Positions 46,483-60,040 of a stretch of DNA of 64,000 nt are shown piece by piece. Location of the stretch: the NCBI GenBank assembly GCA_044344255.1, contig JBIJDH010000013.1, positions 64,001 to 128,000 on the forward strand, written 5' to 3'. This DNA comes from Myxococcota bacterium. GTDB taxonomy: Bacteria; Myxococcota_A; UBA796; UBA2385. Every line of letters begins with the position of its first letter. Position 1 is the stretch's first letter. Under the pieces are notes generated by a model. The model made no database searches and was not told the origin of the DNA. It saw only the letters and a list, made by a program, of their open reading frames with translations. Both the position numbers and the translations under genes were made by a program.

Positions 46483-47534
46483 TGCCCCCCCGCCCCTGGC
46501 TGCTCCCCGCCTTCGGCCTGCTCTCAACCGCCGCTTGGGCCACCCCAGAGGTGAGCGCCCCGCCGGCGCTCGAGCCCGCCGCCCAGGGCACCACCGTCCA
46601 GATCACGATCGAGGCGACCCACCCGCCGATCGCGGCCGACCTGGAGCCCCCTGTCGCCCCCCTCGCCCCTCCCCCGCCGCCGCCGCCCACCGTCGAGGAG
46701 GCGATGGCGCGGATCTCCGCCCTCGAGGCCCGCCTCGACCGCCTGGAGTCCGCGCCGCCGCCCGCCCTGGACGGGATCCGCCCCGGCGCCCGCGTCGTCC
46801 GAGCCGACGAGCGGGTCGAGGACGCCGTGTCCTTCGGCGGTCCCCTGCGGGTGCTCGGCAGCGTGCGCGGCAACGCCGTCGCCATGGGCTCCGACGTGAT
46901 CGTCCTCTCCGGTGGGCAGGTCGAGGGGGACGCCATCTCCTTCGGCGGCGTGGTCCGCGTCGAGCCCGGCGGCGAGGTCGAGGGCGACCAGCTCACCTTT
47001 GACAGCGCCAGCCTCGTCGGAGGCAGCCTCGGCGAGTCCGTGGCGACGGGCCTCTTCAGTCGGGTCGAAGACCTCGCCCGCAAGATCGCCCTCCTCTTCT
47101 CTTTCGCCGGGGTGGGCGTGCTGGTGGCCGGCATCTGGCCGAGCCACGTCAGCCACGTCTCGGCGACCCTGCGCAGCCACCCCTTCTGGTACGGGCTCGC
47201 CGGCGCGATCCTCAGCGCGACCCTGACCGCCGGATCGCTCCTGCTGGCCGTCACGATCATCGGCCTGCCCTTCGCGCTGCTCATCTTGGCGATCCTGGCC
47301 CTCGGCTGGCTCTTCGGGGTCGTCGCCTTCTGTCAGGGCCTCGGCGAGCGCTTCCCCAGCCTCCTGCGCGGGCAGAGCGGGTGGGGGGCCTTCCTGATCG
47401 GCGCCGCCCTGCTCACGGCCGTCTCGCTCCTGCCTTGGGTGGGCCCGGTGGTGCTGCTGCTCGTGGGCTTCCCTGCGGTGGGCGCGGCCCTCGTCACCCG
47501 CCTCGGGACCCGTCGCGACCCCGACGTCGTCTGA
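46482..47534 (+). CDS. Membrane protein with bactofilin-like beta-helix repeats
   Basis: DAVSFGG / GNAVAMGSD / GDAISFGG / VEGD repeats followed by several TMs. TGATG coupling. Confidence 0.75.
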   Translation: MPPRPWLLPAFGLLSTAAWATPEVSAPPALEPAAQGTTVQITIEATHPPIAADLEPPVAPLAPPPPPPPTVEEAMARISALEARLDRLESAPPPALDGIRPGARVVRADERVEDAVSFGGPLRVLGSVRGNAVAMGSDVIVLSGGQVEGDAISFGGVVRVEPGGEVEGDQLTFDSASLVGGSLGESVATGLFSRVEDLARKIALLFSFAGVGVLVAGIWPSHVSHVSATLRSHPFWYGLAGAILSATLTAGSLLLAVTIIGLPFALLILAILALGWLFGVVAFCQGLGERFPSLLRGQSGWGAFLIGAALLTAVSLLPWVGPVVLLLVGFPAVGAALVTRLGTRRDPDVV

Positions 47535-47569
47535 GCCCATCAGCGGCGCGGGGCTCACACCCCGACGGC

Positions 47570-48796
47570 TCAGGGTGCGCTGGGGCGGCTCGCCTTCCAG
47601 CCCTCCTTCTCTGAGAAATTGGCACGGTAGAGGTCTACGAAGGACCCATCGGGCAGGCGGAGGCGGTAGTCAACCTCGACATATTGACCCGCGACCGAGA
47701 CCTTCCACCACCCATAGGTGGGGAAGTGCTGGCCGGCGTAGGTCCCGATGAAGCCCGTGAAGGCGCCGCGGGCCTTGGCCTCGTCGATGACGACGTCGGG
47801 GATGCTGGCGTTTCGGTTCCAGCGGTCCATCGCGGCGAGCAGGGCGAGATCGTAGGTGGTCTCGAGGTGGATGTCCCCCTTTCGGCCTGAGGCCTCACCC
47901 GCGCCCCAGCGCTTCAGGTCTTCGGCCGGGCCACCGCCGCCGCCTGCGTTGATGTGCATCGCGCCGAAGGGGCCGTCGGGGAGCAGGGCCTGGTTGGTGT
48001 AGCTGCCAGCGCCGAAGACCATCCGGATGCGGGAGAGGTCGGTGGCGTCCTCGACGGTCTCGAGGAGCTCGTGAGGCCCGCCGTCGACGTTCATGACGAG
48101 CTGCTTGCCGCCGAGGTCGACCTCGGGATCGTGCATGAAGATGATGAGCCCTTCGTACTTCCCGGCCACCGCCTTCGGGATCCAGGCCTTCTCTTCTTGC
48201 CAACGGCTACCAAGGCGGGCCTTCCCGCCGTCGAGGACGAGGAACCGCCAGGTCTTCCCTTGCGTCTTCACGTCAAAGGCGTACCAGGTGGCCACGCGGT
48301 TGTACCCGATGGTGGCGCCAACGCCCGGCCAGGCGCCCTCGAGGCCGAAGAAGCGCTCGTCGCCCGCCGCCTCGCGGGTGCCCGCGACCGGGACACCGGG
48401 GATGCGCATCCCGGGGAGGGGCGCGACGGTGGCCCCCTCGAGGAGGATCGAGTGGCGCTCATCGAAGGCCCTCCACTCGCTCACGCTGCCGGCGCCCACG
48501 GTGTCTCCCATGAGCACGGCGAAGGTTGGGCCGGCCGGGGTCTGGGCGGCGGCGTGGATGTCGGTCAGGATCTGAGTGGCCACCTCGGCGCCGTGGCCGA
48601 AGCGCCCCGCCGTCCGATCGAGGCCGGGCACGATGTCGCGGCTGTTGCCGAGCACCGCGAAGGTGATGGCACCCGGCGCCTCGAGCATCTGGCCATCATC
48701 GGCGTAGAGCGCATGGTCTGGGATCTTGGCGGGATCGATGCCGCAGCCGAGGCCGAGGCCGAGGGGCAAGAACAGGCAGGCGAGGAGAGTGCGCAT
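47570..48796 (-). CDS. Calcineurin-like metallophosphoesterase-fold lipoprotein with degenerate metal ligands
   Basis: Lipobox LGLGC. Motifs occur in family order: FAVLGNSR, LMGDTV, VAGTRE, WYAFD, FMHDP, INAGGGG. Confidence 0.65.
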   Translation of the reverse strand: MRTLLACLFLPLGLGLGCGIDPAKIPDHALYADDGQMLEAPGAITFAVLGNSRDIVPGLDRTAGRFGHGAEVATQILTDIHAAAQTPAGPTFAVLMGDTVGAGSVSEWRAFDERHSILLEGATVAPLPGMRIPGVPVAGTREAAGDERFFGLEGAWPGVGATIGYNRVATWYAFDVKTQGKTWRFLVLDGGKARLGSRWQEEKAWIPKAVAGKYEGLIIFMHDPEVDLGGKQLVMNVDGGPHELLETVEDATDLSRIRMVFGAGSYTNQALLPDGPFGAMHINAGGGGGPAEDLKRWGAGEASGRKGDIHLETTYDLALLAAMDRWNRNASIPDVVIDEAKARGAFTGFIGTYAGQHFPTYGWWKVSVAGQYVEVDYRLRLPDGSFVDLYRANFSEKEGWKASRPSAP

Positions 48797-48858
48797 GCCC
48801 CCCTCGTAGACCGGAGAGCCGGCACCTGTCCAGCCGACGCCTCGCGGATCGTGTCGAC

Positions 48859-48895
48859 TCAGTGAACGATGTCAGTGAACGATGTCAGTGAACGA
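48859..48895. repeat. 13-bp tandem repeat x3 (TCAGTGAACGATG) including the stop codon of the 48885-49427 gene
   Basis: Read directly from the sequence; the third copy is partial. Confidence 0.9.
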
Positions 48896-49427
48896 GCTCC
48901 ATGCCGCGCTGGAAGCCGGGCCGCTCGAGGTGGAGGCGGAGGTTCTCGCGCCGCGCCCGGGAGAACCACCCGCCCACGCCCCCCGGCTTCGGCCACCCGT
49001 CGACGGCCCGGCGGGTGAAGGGGGCCTCCCCGATCAGGCCCCGGGCCTCACCGACGAGCTGCCAAGCGGTCCACCACCGGCTGTCCGGCCACTCGAGGTA
49101 GACCACGGCCGCCTTGTGGCGCTGCACGCGGCTGATCTGAATGTCGAGCAGGGCCAGGAAGGCCACCGAGAGCGTGCCCTCCTGGCCGGCCATCGCCGCC
49201 ATCATGCGCTCCCGATCGGCGCGGTTGGCGCCGTCGAGGCCGTTGAGCTCGAACTGGTCAAAGGAGCCCTCGCGAAAGACCAGCATCACCGGGCTCGGGC
49301 TGCGCTCTTCGAGCGCCTCGCTGAGCCGCTCGAAGAGGCTCTCCCCGAGGGCGTCATCGTCGAAGGGGAAGCGCTCGAGGTCTCGGGGACCCGTTCGGAC
49401 GCGGAGAGAGAAGGAGGCGGAGCTCAC
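48885..49427 (-). CDS. Hypothetical protein
   Basis: Host-like codon usage; lies directly downstream of the methyltransferase gene in the same orientation. Confidence 0.7.
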   Translation of the reverse strand: MSSASFSLRVRTGPRDLERFPFDDDALGESLFERLSEALEERSPSPVMLVFREGSFDQFELNGLDGANRADRERMMAAMAGQEGTLSVAFLALLDIQISRVQRHKAAVVYLEWPDSRWWTAWQLVGEARGLIGEAPFTRRAVDGWPKPGGVGGWFSRARRENLRLHLERPGFQRGMELVH

Positions 49428-49451
49428 GAGTCTTCCCGGAGAGGGGGACGT

Positions 49452-50177
49452 TCACGTATTCCCCGACGGCCCGAAGGCAAGGCGGGCGTCGAGGCGAGCG
49501 TACCAGGCCCGCACGGCGGGGCTGTGCTCGCCGGCGTCGGTGCGGAGCGGCTCCACCCGCCGCTCGACGGCGCCGGTCCCCTCCCCTCCTTCCCCCTCCC
49601 CTCCTTCGAGGAGCACGAGCGCCGGCGGCAGATCGCAGCGCCGCCGCAGCGGGAGGCCCGCCACCTCGAGCGCGCGCTCCCCCTCGGCGGCCCGCCCGGC
49701 CGGGAGCACGAGCGCGACCCGACGCCCCCGAAGGGAGAGGCCGCGGACGAGGTCTGGCAGGGCTCCGTGGCGCTCGTGACGCGCCGCGGCGCGCATCGGG
49801 TCGGGGGAGACGGGGCCGCCGTCCAGCGGGAGGTAGGGCGGGTTGCAGAGCGCGAGGTCGGCTGGCGCGCGTGTCGGCGGCTCCCGCAGGTCACCGACCG
49901 AGAAGCGGACCCGACCTTCGAGGCCCGAGGCCATCCGCCCCGCCTCGGCCAGGGCCACCCACTCGGGAAGGACGTCCATCCCCTCCCCTTCGAGGCCGAG
50001 GCGGGCGAGCAGCAGGGAGAGGACCCCGCAGCCAGTGCCCCCCTCGAAGAAGGTGCGGGCCGGCCGCTCCAGGGCCCAGCCGGCGAGGAGGAAGGGGTCC
50101 ATCGCGTAGCGATAGCCGCGCGCCGGCTGGAAGACGATCAAGCCCGGCGCCGGCTCACAGCGGAGTCGGTCCGTCAC
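49452..50177 (-). CDS. tRNA1(Val) A37 N6-methyltransferase-like protein (TrmN6/YfiC family)
   Basis: QPARGYRYAMDPFLLA, EGGTGCG, CNPPY, ARHE. Confidence 0.85.
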   Translation of the reverse strand: MTDRLRCEPAPGLIVFQPARGYRYAMDPFLLAGWALERPARTFFEGGTGCGVLSLLLARLGLEGEGMDVLPEWVALAEAGRMASGLEGRVRFSVGDLREPPTRAPADLALCNPPYLPLDGGPVSPDPMRAAARHERHGALPDLVRGLSLRGRRVALVLPAGRAAEGERALEVAGLPLRRRCDLPPALVLLEGGEGEGGEGTGAVERRVEPLRTDAGEHSPAVRAWYARLDARLAFGPSGNT

Positions 50178-50728
50178 CCTCCGTCGCGCAGCGCCGCGTC
50201 CGCCGCCCGCACCTGATCGGCCATCGCGGACACGGCTGCGCCGAGGCGCTCGGACAGCGCGGGATCGGAGAGGGCGAGGATGCGAGCCGCGAGCCAGCCC
50301 GCGTTCTTGGCCCCGACCTTGCCGATCGCCACAGTGGCGACGGGCACGCCGGGGGGCATCTGGACCGTCGACAGGAGGGCGTCGAGGCCGCCCAGCGCGC
50401 CGTCGAGCGGGACGCCGATCACCGGCAGCAGCGTGCGCCCCGCGACCGAACCCGCGAGGTGAGCCGCGAGGCCCGCCCCGCAGATGAGCACCTGTACTCC
50501 CCGCTCCGCCGCCGTCCGGACGTAGTCGTCGGTCTCGGCGGGGGTGCGGTGGGCGGAGAGGATCCGCTGCTCACACCCGATCTGGAGGCTCCGAAGGACC
50601 AGGGCCGCCTCGTCCATCACCGGGCGATCGGAGGCGCTCCCCATCAAGATGCCCACACGAAGCGAGGGAGCGTGCGGACCTCCCGTTGAAGCGGGTGTCG
50701 TCGCCGACCCTGACGCGATGCCTGTCAT
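50174..50728 (-). CDS. purE: N5-CAIR mutase
   Basis: MGSASD, SAHRTP, GAGLAAHL, LPVIGVP, VQMPPGVPVATV. Confidence 0.97.
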   Translation of the reverse strand: MTGIASGSATTPASTGGPHAPSLRVGILMGSASDRPVMDEAALVLRSLQIGCEQRILSAHRTPAETDDYVRTAAERGVQVLICGAGLAAHLAGSVAGRTLLPVIGVPLDGALGGLDALLSTVQMPPGVPVATVAIGKVGAKNAGWLAARILALSDPALSERLGAAVSAMADQVRAADAALRDGG

Positions 50729-51984
50729 CGTCCCTCCTGAGTGTCCCCGGTGTCCCCGGTGTCCCCGGTGTCCCCGATGTCCCGCCGACAGCCGGCGCCT
50801 TCAAAGTGGATCTGATCAACGAGCCCGTACGCCCGCGCCCGGGCCCCGGCGGGGCTCGGCCCCCAGGCGGTCAGGCCCAGCACGCGGCCGCCCTCGGCGA
50901 GCAGCTGCCCTCCCTCGGCGCGGACGCCCGCGAAGAAGGCCACCCGGTCGGCCTCCGGCGGGGGGACGCCGCGGATGGGCTCGCCGCTCGCGCCGCCCTC
51001 CGGGTAGCCCCGACCGACGACCACGACACAGCAAGCGGCCCCCTGGCGCCAACGGAGGGGGCGCTCCGGGAGCGAGCCCATGGCGGCGGCCAACAGCAGC
51101 GGCACGAGGTCTTCGTCGAGCATCATCATCAAGGGCTGGCACTCCGGATCACCGAAGCGCACATTGAACTCGAGGACCTTCGGACCGTCTGCGGTGAGCA
51201 TCAGGCCCGCGTAGAGCAGGCCACGGAACGGGCTGCCTTCGGCGGCCATGCCCTCGACCGTAGGCTGGAGCACGGTGCGCCGGACGGCCTCGAGGAGCTC
51301 CGCCCCCACCTCCGGCACGGGGCAGATGGCGCCCATTCCGCCGGTGTTCGGCCCCTGATCTCCGTCGTAGCGGCGCTTGTGGTCTCGGGTCGGGAGCAGC
51401 GGCACCGCCCGCCGACCATCGCAGAGGGCGAGGATCGAGACCTCGGGGCCGGAGAGGCGCTCCTCGATGATCAGCCGCGCGCCCGCGACGCCGAAACGAC
51501 CGCCAAACACGAGCTCGACGGCCTCGTGGGCCTCCGCGGCGGAGCCCGCCACGACCACGCCCTTCCCCGCCGCGAGGCCGTCTGCCTTGACGACGCAGGG
51601 GCCTCGGATCGCAGCGTGAGCGGTGTCTGCGGAGGTGTGCTCCGACCAGGCCGCGGTCGGGATGCCGTGCCGGTCGAGGAAGGCCTTGGCATAGGCCTTG
51701 GAGCCCTCCAGTCGGGCCGCGGCGGCGGAGGGCCCGAAGGCGGGGATGCCCACCCGTGCCAGCTCGTCTACGAGACCGGCTACCAGCGGGCCCTCGGGAC
51801 CCACGACGACGAGGTCGACGCCCTCCCGCACCGCCGCCGCGACGAGGTCCCCCTCGAGCCGCCCGCCGCTCGGGAAGCCCGGGTTCGAGTGGGTGAAGGA
51901 CAAGCGCCGCACCCTGGGGCTCGACTGGAGCTTCCAAGCCAGGGCGTGCTCTCGCCCGCCACCACCGACCAACAGCACATGCAT
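50725..51984 (-). CDS. purD: Phosphoribosylamine-glycine ligase
   Basis: [44 protein letters not shown]. Confidence 0.97.
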   Translation of the reverse strand: MHVLLVGGGGREHALAWKLQSSPRVRRLSFTHSNPGFPSGGRLEGDLVAAAVREGVDLVVVGPEGPLVAGLVDELARVGIPAFGPSAAAARLEGSKAYAKAFLDRHGIPTAAWSEHTSADTAHAAIRGPCVVKADGLAAGKGVVVAGSAAEAHEAVELVFGGRFGVAGARLIIEERLSGPEVSILALCDGRRAVPLLPTRDHKRRYDGDQGPNTGGMGAICPVPEVGAELLEAVRRTVLQPTVEGMAAEGSPFRGLLYAGLMLTADGPKVLEFNVRFGDPECQPLMMMLDEDLVPLLLAAAMGSLPERPLRWRQGAACCVVVVGRGYPEGGASGEPIRGVPPPEADRVAFFAGVRAEGGQLLAEGGRVLGLTAWGPSPAGARARAYGLVDQIHFEGAGCRRDIGDTGDTGDTGDTQEGR

Positions 51985-52010
51985 CAGGGACCCTGAGTGG
52001 AAGTCGGCGC

Positions 52011-54383
52011 TTATCGCAGCGGGACGAGGGCGCGACGGGCCGACAGGTCATCGGGGACGAGCCGCAGCACCTCGCCGTACTCTCGGCGGGCCCCCTCGGT
52101 GTCTCCAGCCTCGATCAGGGCCTCGGCCCGCCAACGGTGCACCGCAGGCACCGAGGCCCCGGTCTGCATCGCCTGGACCCACGCCGCGTCGCTCTCCTCC
52201 TTCCGGCCAAGCGCGAAGAGGGACCTCGCCTTGATCGCGTAGGCCACGCCCGTGTTCGCGTTCGCCCCGATCGCCCGATCGACCTCCTGCAGGGCCGCCC
52301 GATGCTGCCCCGCCGCGTAGAGCAGGCTGGCGTTGGCGGCGCGAGCCGCCGTGGTGTCGGGCTGGGCGGCGATGGCGCGCTGAAGGAGCCGGGGAGCGTC
52401 GGGCATGTCCGCCGCCCAGGCGAGGATCGCGACCACCTCGATCACCGTGCTCGTGTACCGGACGTCTCCCGCGAGGTCGCGCTCGAGGCGGCTCCGCAGC
52501 TCGCCCCAGCCGGCGCTGGGGAACCAAATCGCCTGGAGCGGGCTTCGGGCCCCTGCGAGGCTGCGATCGAGCCAGGCCGCCCGCTGGAGCTGCTCGACGG
52601 CCCCTGGATTGTTGCCCACGGCGAGGCGGGTGTGGGCGCTCATCAGCAAGGCGTCGAGGTAGGTGGGATCGCTCTCGAAGGCAGCGTCGATCTCACTGTC
52701 TGCCGCTCGCTCGCGGCCAATCGCGAGGTAGACCCGCGCCGCGGCGACCCGGAAGCGCGCCCCGTCATGCCCGACGAGCCGCCCAGCCTCCACGGCGCGG
52801 AGCGCGGTCTCGGCGTCCGCAGGCCGGTTGTTCTGGATGGCGGCCCGCGCCCGGAGGAGGGCGGCGGCCGGGTTCCCCGCGTCGGCTTGCCAGGCCCGAT
52901 CCGCGAGGCGGAGGGCCAGGGCTGTGTCCCCGACGGCGAGGGCCGCGGCGCCGGCGTCGGTGAAGAGCCGCACCCGACCCTCGAACCGATCGACGTTGGG
53001 GTGGGCGATGATCGCCTGCATCTCCGCGAGGGCCACCGCGGGCTTGCCGAGCACCTTGAGCTGCACCTCGGCGAGCTGCCGTCGGCCCTCGAGATCGTCG
53101 GGATCGAGCTGGCGGAGCCGCTCCCCGGCGCGGATGGCCTGCGGCCAGTCCCCCACCGCGGCGTAACTCTCGGAGAGGATCCGCCAGGGGACAGGCTCGT
53201 CGGGGTGGACCTTCGTGAGCTTGGCCGCGAGATCCATCGCCAGGCCGAGCTCGGACCGCTGGAGGGCCACCCCCGCCCGCGCGACCTGGATCGGAAAGAC
53301 GCCCGTGAAACGTTCGTCCAGGACGGCCAACGCGGCGCCGTTGCGGCTGAGGGAGGCAAAAGCGAGGGCGCAGCCCAGATCGGTGGGGCTGCCCGGGGTG
53401 CCGGCGAGGTCGGGCGGGTTGCCACACCGGCTCGCGAGATCGGTGGCCAGGGCGATGTCGTTGGAGGCCCGGGCCGCCGCCGAGCGGCCGCGGAGGGCGG
53501 GGATGGACTCGGGGGCCAGGGCCTCCGTGCGGGTGCAGGCCCAGGCCATCGGCTCGAGGAGCTGGGCGTTGGTGGCGGAGAGCCGCGCGTACGCCTCACA
53601 GAGCCCACCCGAGGCCTCCGGATCCCGCGGGGAGAGGACGAGCGCCTGCTCGAAGTGGAGCCTCGCCTCCTCGGAGGTCCCGCGGGTCCCCCGCCAGAGG
53701 GCCATCCGCCCGAGCGTGATGTGCTCGCCCACAGACCCGACGATGCCCGGGTGCGCCGCCGCGAGCTGGGTGATCAACGCCTCGCCGGGGAGGACGGCGT
53801 CCTTGTTGACCGCGTCGCGGGCTGCGTCCTCGTCGAGCGCGCGCGCGAGGAGGTCCCCACCCCGCGCGCGGACGGCGGAGGCCTTCGCCCAGGCCTGGTC
53901 CGTCCAGGCCTCCGGGATCAAGAGGGCGCCGGTGCTCCAGCTCCAGAGCGCGAAGGCCCCGGTCAGCCCGAGGAGCCCCACCGCGCCGGCGGCTCGAAGG
54001 CGCTTCCCCCAGTCGAAGCGGGACTGGTCCTTCTTGTCGCTCGCCTGCACGTCAACACGGGAGGCGGAGAGCTCGCTGCCGGGCAGGAACCAGCCGCCGA
54101 AGTCAGGGTGCTCGACCACCCGGAACCAGGGCCCGCCCACACGAGCGGCGAGGTCATCCGGCCCCACCGCGCCGCGGCGGACCTGATCGGCCACAGAGTC
54201 GAAGGCCAGCGGCCCGAGGGCGCGCCCGTCGCCCACGCGGACCATCCAGCGCAGCGCCTCCCGGGGGATCTGCGGGCCGGACTGTGCGCAGCGGGCGCAC
54301 AGGGGCGCGACCCGATCGGCCTGATCCTGCACGGCGACGCCGCAGGAGAAGCAGTAGTTCCGGATGGTGAGGGAGTGGAGCAC
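52011..54383 (-). CDS. Zinc-ribbon/GYF-like, TM-anchored TPR protein
   Basis: CFSC...CARC, WMVR...LGPL.F GYF-like motif, one TM, long TPR array. Confidence 0.75.
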   Translation of the reverse strand: MLHSLTIRNYCFSCGVAVQDQADRVAPLCARCAQSGPQIPREALRWMVRVGDGRALGPLAFDSVADQVRRGAVGPDDLAARVGGPWFRVVEHPDFGGWFLPGSELSASRVDVQASDKKDQSRFDWGKRLRAAGAVGLLGLTGAFALWSWSTGALLIPEAWTDQAWAKASAVRARGGDLLARALDEDAARDAVNKDAVLPGEALITQLAAAHPGIVGSVGEHITLGRMALWRGTRGTSEEARLHFEQALVLSPRDPEASGGLCEAYARLSATNAQLLEPMAWACTRTEALAPESIPALRGRSAAARASNDIALATDLASRCGNPPDLAGTPGSPTDLGCALAFASLSRNGAALAVLDERFTGVFPIQVARAGVALQRSELGLAMDLAAKLTKVHPDEPVPWRILSESYAAVGDWPQAIRAGERLRQLDPDDLEGRRQLAEVQLKVLGKPAVALAEMQAIIAHPNVDRFEGRVRLFTDAGAAALAVGDTALALRLADRAWQADAGNPAAALLRARAAIQNNRPADAETALRAVEAGRLVGHDGARFRVAAARVYLAIGRERAADSEIDAAFESDPTYLDALLMSAHTRLAVGNNPGAVEQLQRAAWLDRSLAGARSPLQAIWFPSAGWGELRSRLERDLAGDVRYTSTVIEVVAILAWAADMPDAPRLLQRAIAAQPDTTAARAANASLLYAAGQHRAALQEVDRAIGANANTGVAYAIKARSLFALGRKEESDAAWVQAMQTGASVPAVHRWRAEALIEAGDTEGARREYGEVLRLVPDDLSARRALVPLR

Positions 54384-54442
54384 GGCGGCACTCTACAACG
54401 GGAGGGCTCCCCCGGGCCAGACCGAGGGGGCTCCAAATGGGG

Positions 54443-56032
54443 TCAGTGCCGGAAGTGGCGCATGCCTGTGATCACCATGGCGGCCTCGGCCGCGTCGACG
54501 ACCGAGAGCGTCTCTTCGTCGCGGATCGAGCCCCCGGGCTGGACGATCGCGGTGACCCCTGCGGCGAGGGCGCTCACCACCCCGTCCGAGAAGGGAAAGA
54601 ATGCGTCGGAGGCCATGACGGAGCCTGCGACCGGCCGCGTGGCCTTCTCGACGGCGAGGCGGACGCTGTCGACCCGAGACATCTGCCCGGCCCCGACGCC
54701 GTTGATCACCATGCCGCCCTCGGCGGCGGCGGCGAAGACGATCGCGTTCGACTTCGTGCCGCGGCTGATCGCCCAGGCGAAGCGGAGCAGCGCGTCCTCG
54801 GACGAGGTCGGGCCGCGGCGGGTGGCCACCTTCCAGCCGGGGATCGCGCCCTGGTCCCAGTCTTGGAGGAGCCAGCCCCCCTGCACCCGTCGGGCGTCGA
54901 AGCCGGGGGGGCGACCCTCGGCCCAGTCGACGGGGAGCTCGACGACCCGCAGCTTCTCGCGGCCGCTCAGCGCCTGTCTCGCCTCCGCCGTGATCCCCGG
55001 CGCGACCAGGATCTCGAAGAACGTGCGGCCGCGCCGGATCGCGGCGGCGACCTCGGCGTCGACCGGGCGATTGAAGGCCACGACGCCGCCGTACGCGCTG
55101 ACCGGATCGCAAGAGAGCGCGAGGCGGAAGGCGGTCGCCGCGCCCTCGGGGTGGGAGGCCGCCCCACACGGGTTCATGTGCTTGACGATCACGCAGCCAG
55201 GATCGTCGATCTCGAAGACCGATCGCACCGCGGCGTCGAGGTCGGCGATGTTGTTGAAGGACAGCTCCGGCCCCGCCACCTGGGTCATGCGCGCCAGCGA
55301 GCGGCCGGTGCTGAGCGGATCGGGGTAGAAAGCTGCGCGCTGGTGCGGGTTCTCCCCGTATCGGAGGACCGCGCTGCGACGGAGCGGGATGGCCCCCTCC
55401 ACGGGGAGCTCCGGCGGAGGAGTGACGGGCGCGCGCAGCCCGGAGGCGGACGCCCCCAGCGCGCCCCGCTCCATCCAATCGGCGATGACCGCGTCGTAGG
55501 CGGCGGTGTGCCGGAAGGCCTTGGTGGCGAGGCGGCGACGGGCGACGAGGTCGGGCCCGCCCTCGGCGAGGGCCTCCAGGGTGGGCGCGTAGTCGGCGGG
55601 ATCGACCAGCACCACGACGCCGGGGTGGTTCTTCGCCGCCGCGCGCAGCAGCGTCGGCCCGCCGATGTCGATCTGCTCGAGGATCTCGGCCGGGTCGGTC
55701 TCTCCGCCGGCGAGGGTGGCCTCGAAGGGGTAGAGGTTCACCACCACGAGGTCGATCCAGGGGATGCCGAGGGCCGCCAGCTCCGCGTCGTCCTGTCCCC
55801 GTCGTCCGAGCACGCCACCGTGGACGCGGGGATGGAGGGTCTTGACCCTCCCGCCGATGATCTCGGGGTGGCCGGTGTGCTCGCTCACCGGGGTGACCGG
55901 GAGGCCGGCGGCCTCGATCACGCGCGCGGTGCCGCCCGTGGAGAGCAGGGTGAAGCCGAGCGCGTGAAGCCCTTGCGCGAGGGCCTCCACGCCGGCCTTG
56001 TCCGAGACGGAGATCAACGCGAGACGAGCCAT
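54443..56032 (-). CDS. purH: Bifunctional AICAR transformylase/IMP cyclohydrolase
   Basis: ALISVSDK, GRVKTLHP, IDIGGPT, LRYGENPHQ, MASDAFFPF, QPGGSIRD, RHFRH. Confidence 0.98.
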   Translation of the reverse strand: MARLALISVSDKAGVEALAQGLHALGFTLLSTGGTARVIEAAGLPVTPVSEHTGHPEIIGGRVKTLHPRVHGGVLGRRGQDDAELAALGIPWIDLVVVNLYPFEATLAGGETDPAEILEQIDIGGPTLLRAAAKNHPGVVVLVDPADYAPTLEALAEGGPDLVARRRLATKAFRHTAAYDAVIADWMERGALGASASGLRAPVTPPPELPVEGAIPLRRSAVLRYGENPHQRAAFYPDPLSTGRSLARMTQVAGPELSFNNIADLDAAVRSVFEIDDPGCVIVKHMNPCGAASHPEGAATAFRLALSCDPVSAYGGVVAFNRPVDAEVAAAIRRGRTFFEILVAPGITAEARQALSGREKLRVVELPVDWAEGRPPGFDARRVQGGWLLQDWDQGAIPGWKVATRRGPTSSEDALLRFAWAISRGTKSNAIVFAAAAEGGMVINGVGAGQMSRVDSVRLAVEKATRPVAGSVMASDAFFPFSDGVVSALAAGVTAIVQPGGSIRDEETLSVVDAAEAAMVITGMRHFRH

Positions 56033-56054
56033 GGGGCCTCCGGGGCGGCCGGCT

Positions 56055-56513
56055 CTAATCGTCCAGGCTGCGCCAGCGCACCACGTTCACCTCCATCGGG
56101 CCGGCCACATAGCCGGAGATCAGCACCAGGTGGCCCTCCTGAGCAGAGAGGAGGCCCAAAGACTCCGGCACGAGCGTGATCGTCGAGCCGCTGCCCCGAT
56201 CATCCACCTTCCAGCGGCTGCCCCAGCGTTCGAGCACCCCGATGTAGGGCGCCGCCCCGTCCCCGCCGTCGGTGACGGTCCAGTCGGCGACCACGATGCG
56301 CCGGCCGAAGCGGCGGCCCTCGACCTCCAGGCCGAGGTCATCGAGGTGTCGGAGCACGTCCTGCTCGGCGGCGGAGCGTAAGGAGGAGGACCGCCCGCTG
56401 GACTCCACCAGCCGCACCTCCCGACCTTCCACCTCCACGATCCCCCGCTTGCCCTTCACGGCACAGGCAGCCAGCAGGGCCAGGATGGGGAAGCGGAGCG
56501 CGGTTCGGGGCAT
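56055..56513 (-). CDS. Hypothetical lipoprotein
   Basis: Lipobox LLAAC after MPRTALRF; beta-rich mature part. Confidence 0.7.
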   Translation of the reverse strand: MPRTALRFPILALLAACAVKGKRGIVEVEGREVRLVESSGRSSSLRSAAEQDVLRHLDDLGLEVEGRRFGRRIVVADWTVTDGGDGAAPYIGVLERWGSRWKVDDRGSGSTITLVPESLGLLSAQEGHLVLISGYVAGPMEVNVVRWRSLDD

Positions 56514-56755
56514 CCAGATGGCGTATCCTGCTTGGGGATCGGGGAGTCCGACCGAGGCGCGGAGGGTGCTTGTCACAGGACCTTCTCCGCGCCGCACTTG
56601 ACCGAATTGGGGACAATCCGGTAACCGAAGTGCGATGTTGGGGGTCTCGGTCGGGCCCGGTCGTCCAAGGCCGGGCTACACAGCCCCGTGGCGAGCCCGC
56701 AGCGGGCCCCGTCCTTCGTCAAACTCTCCGCTCAGCCAACCACACCGAGGAGCCC

Positions 56756-60023
<3,268 letters not shown>

Positions 60024-60040
<17 letters not shown>

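Noticed and set aside
48859..48895. Short repeats as a CRISPR array
   Set aside because: Contiguous 13-bp units with no spacers, and no cas genes.
52137..56179. Very long antisense ORFs (also e.g. 28342-30963, 7882-10065, 17201-19366, 60329-62440)
   Set aside because: Shadow ORFs of real genes on the opposite strand, caused by high-GC codon bias. No protein motifs.
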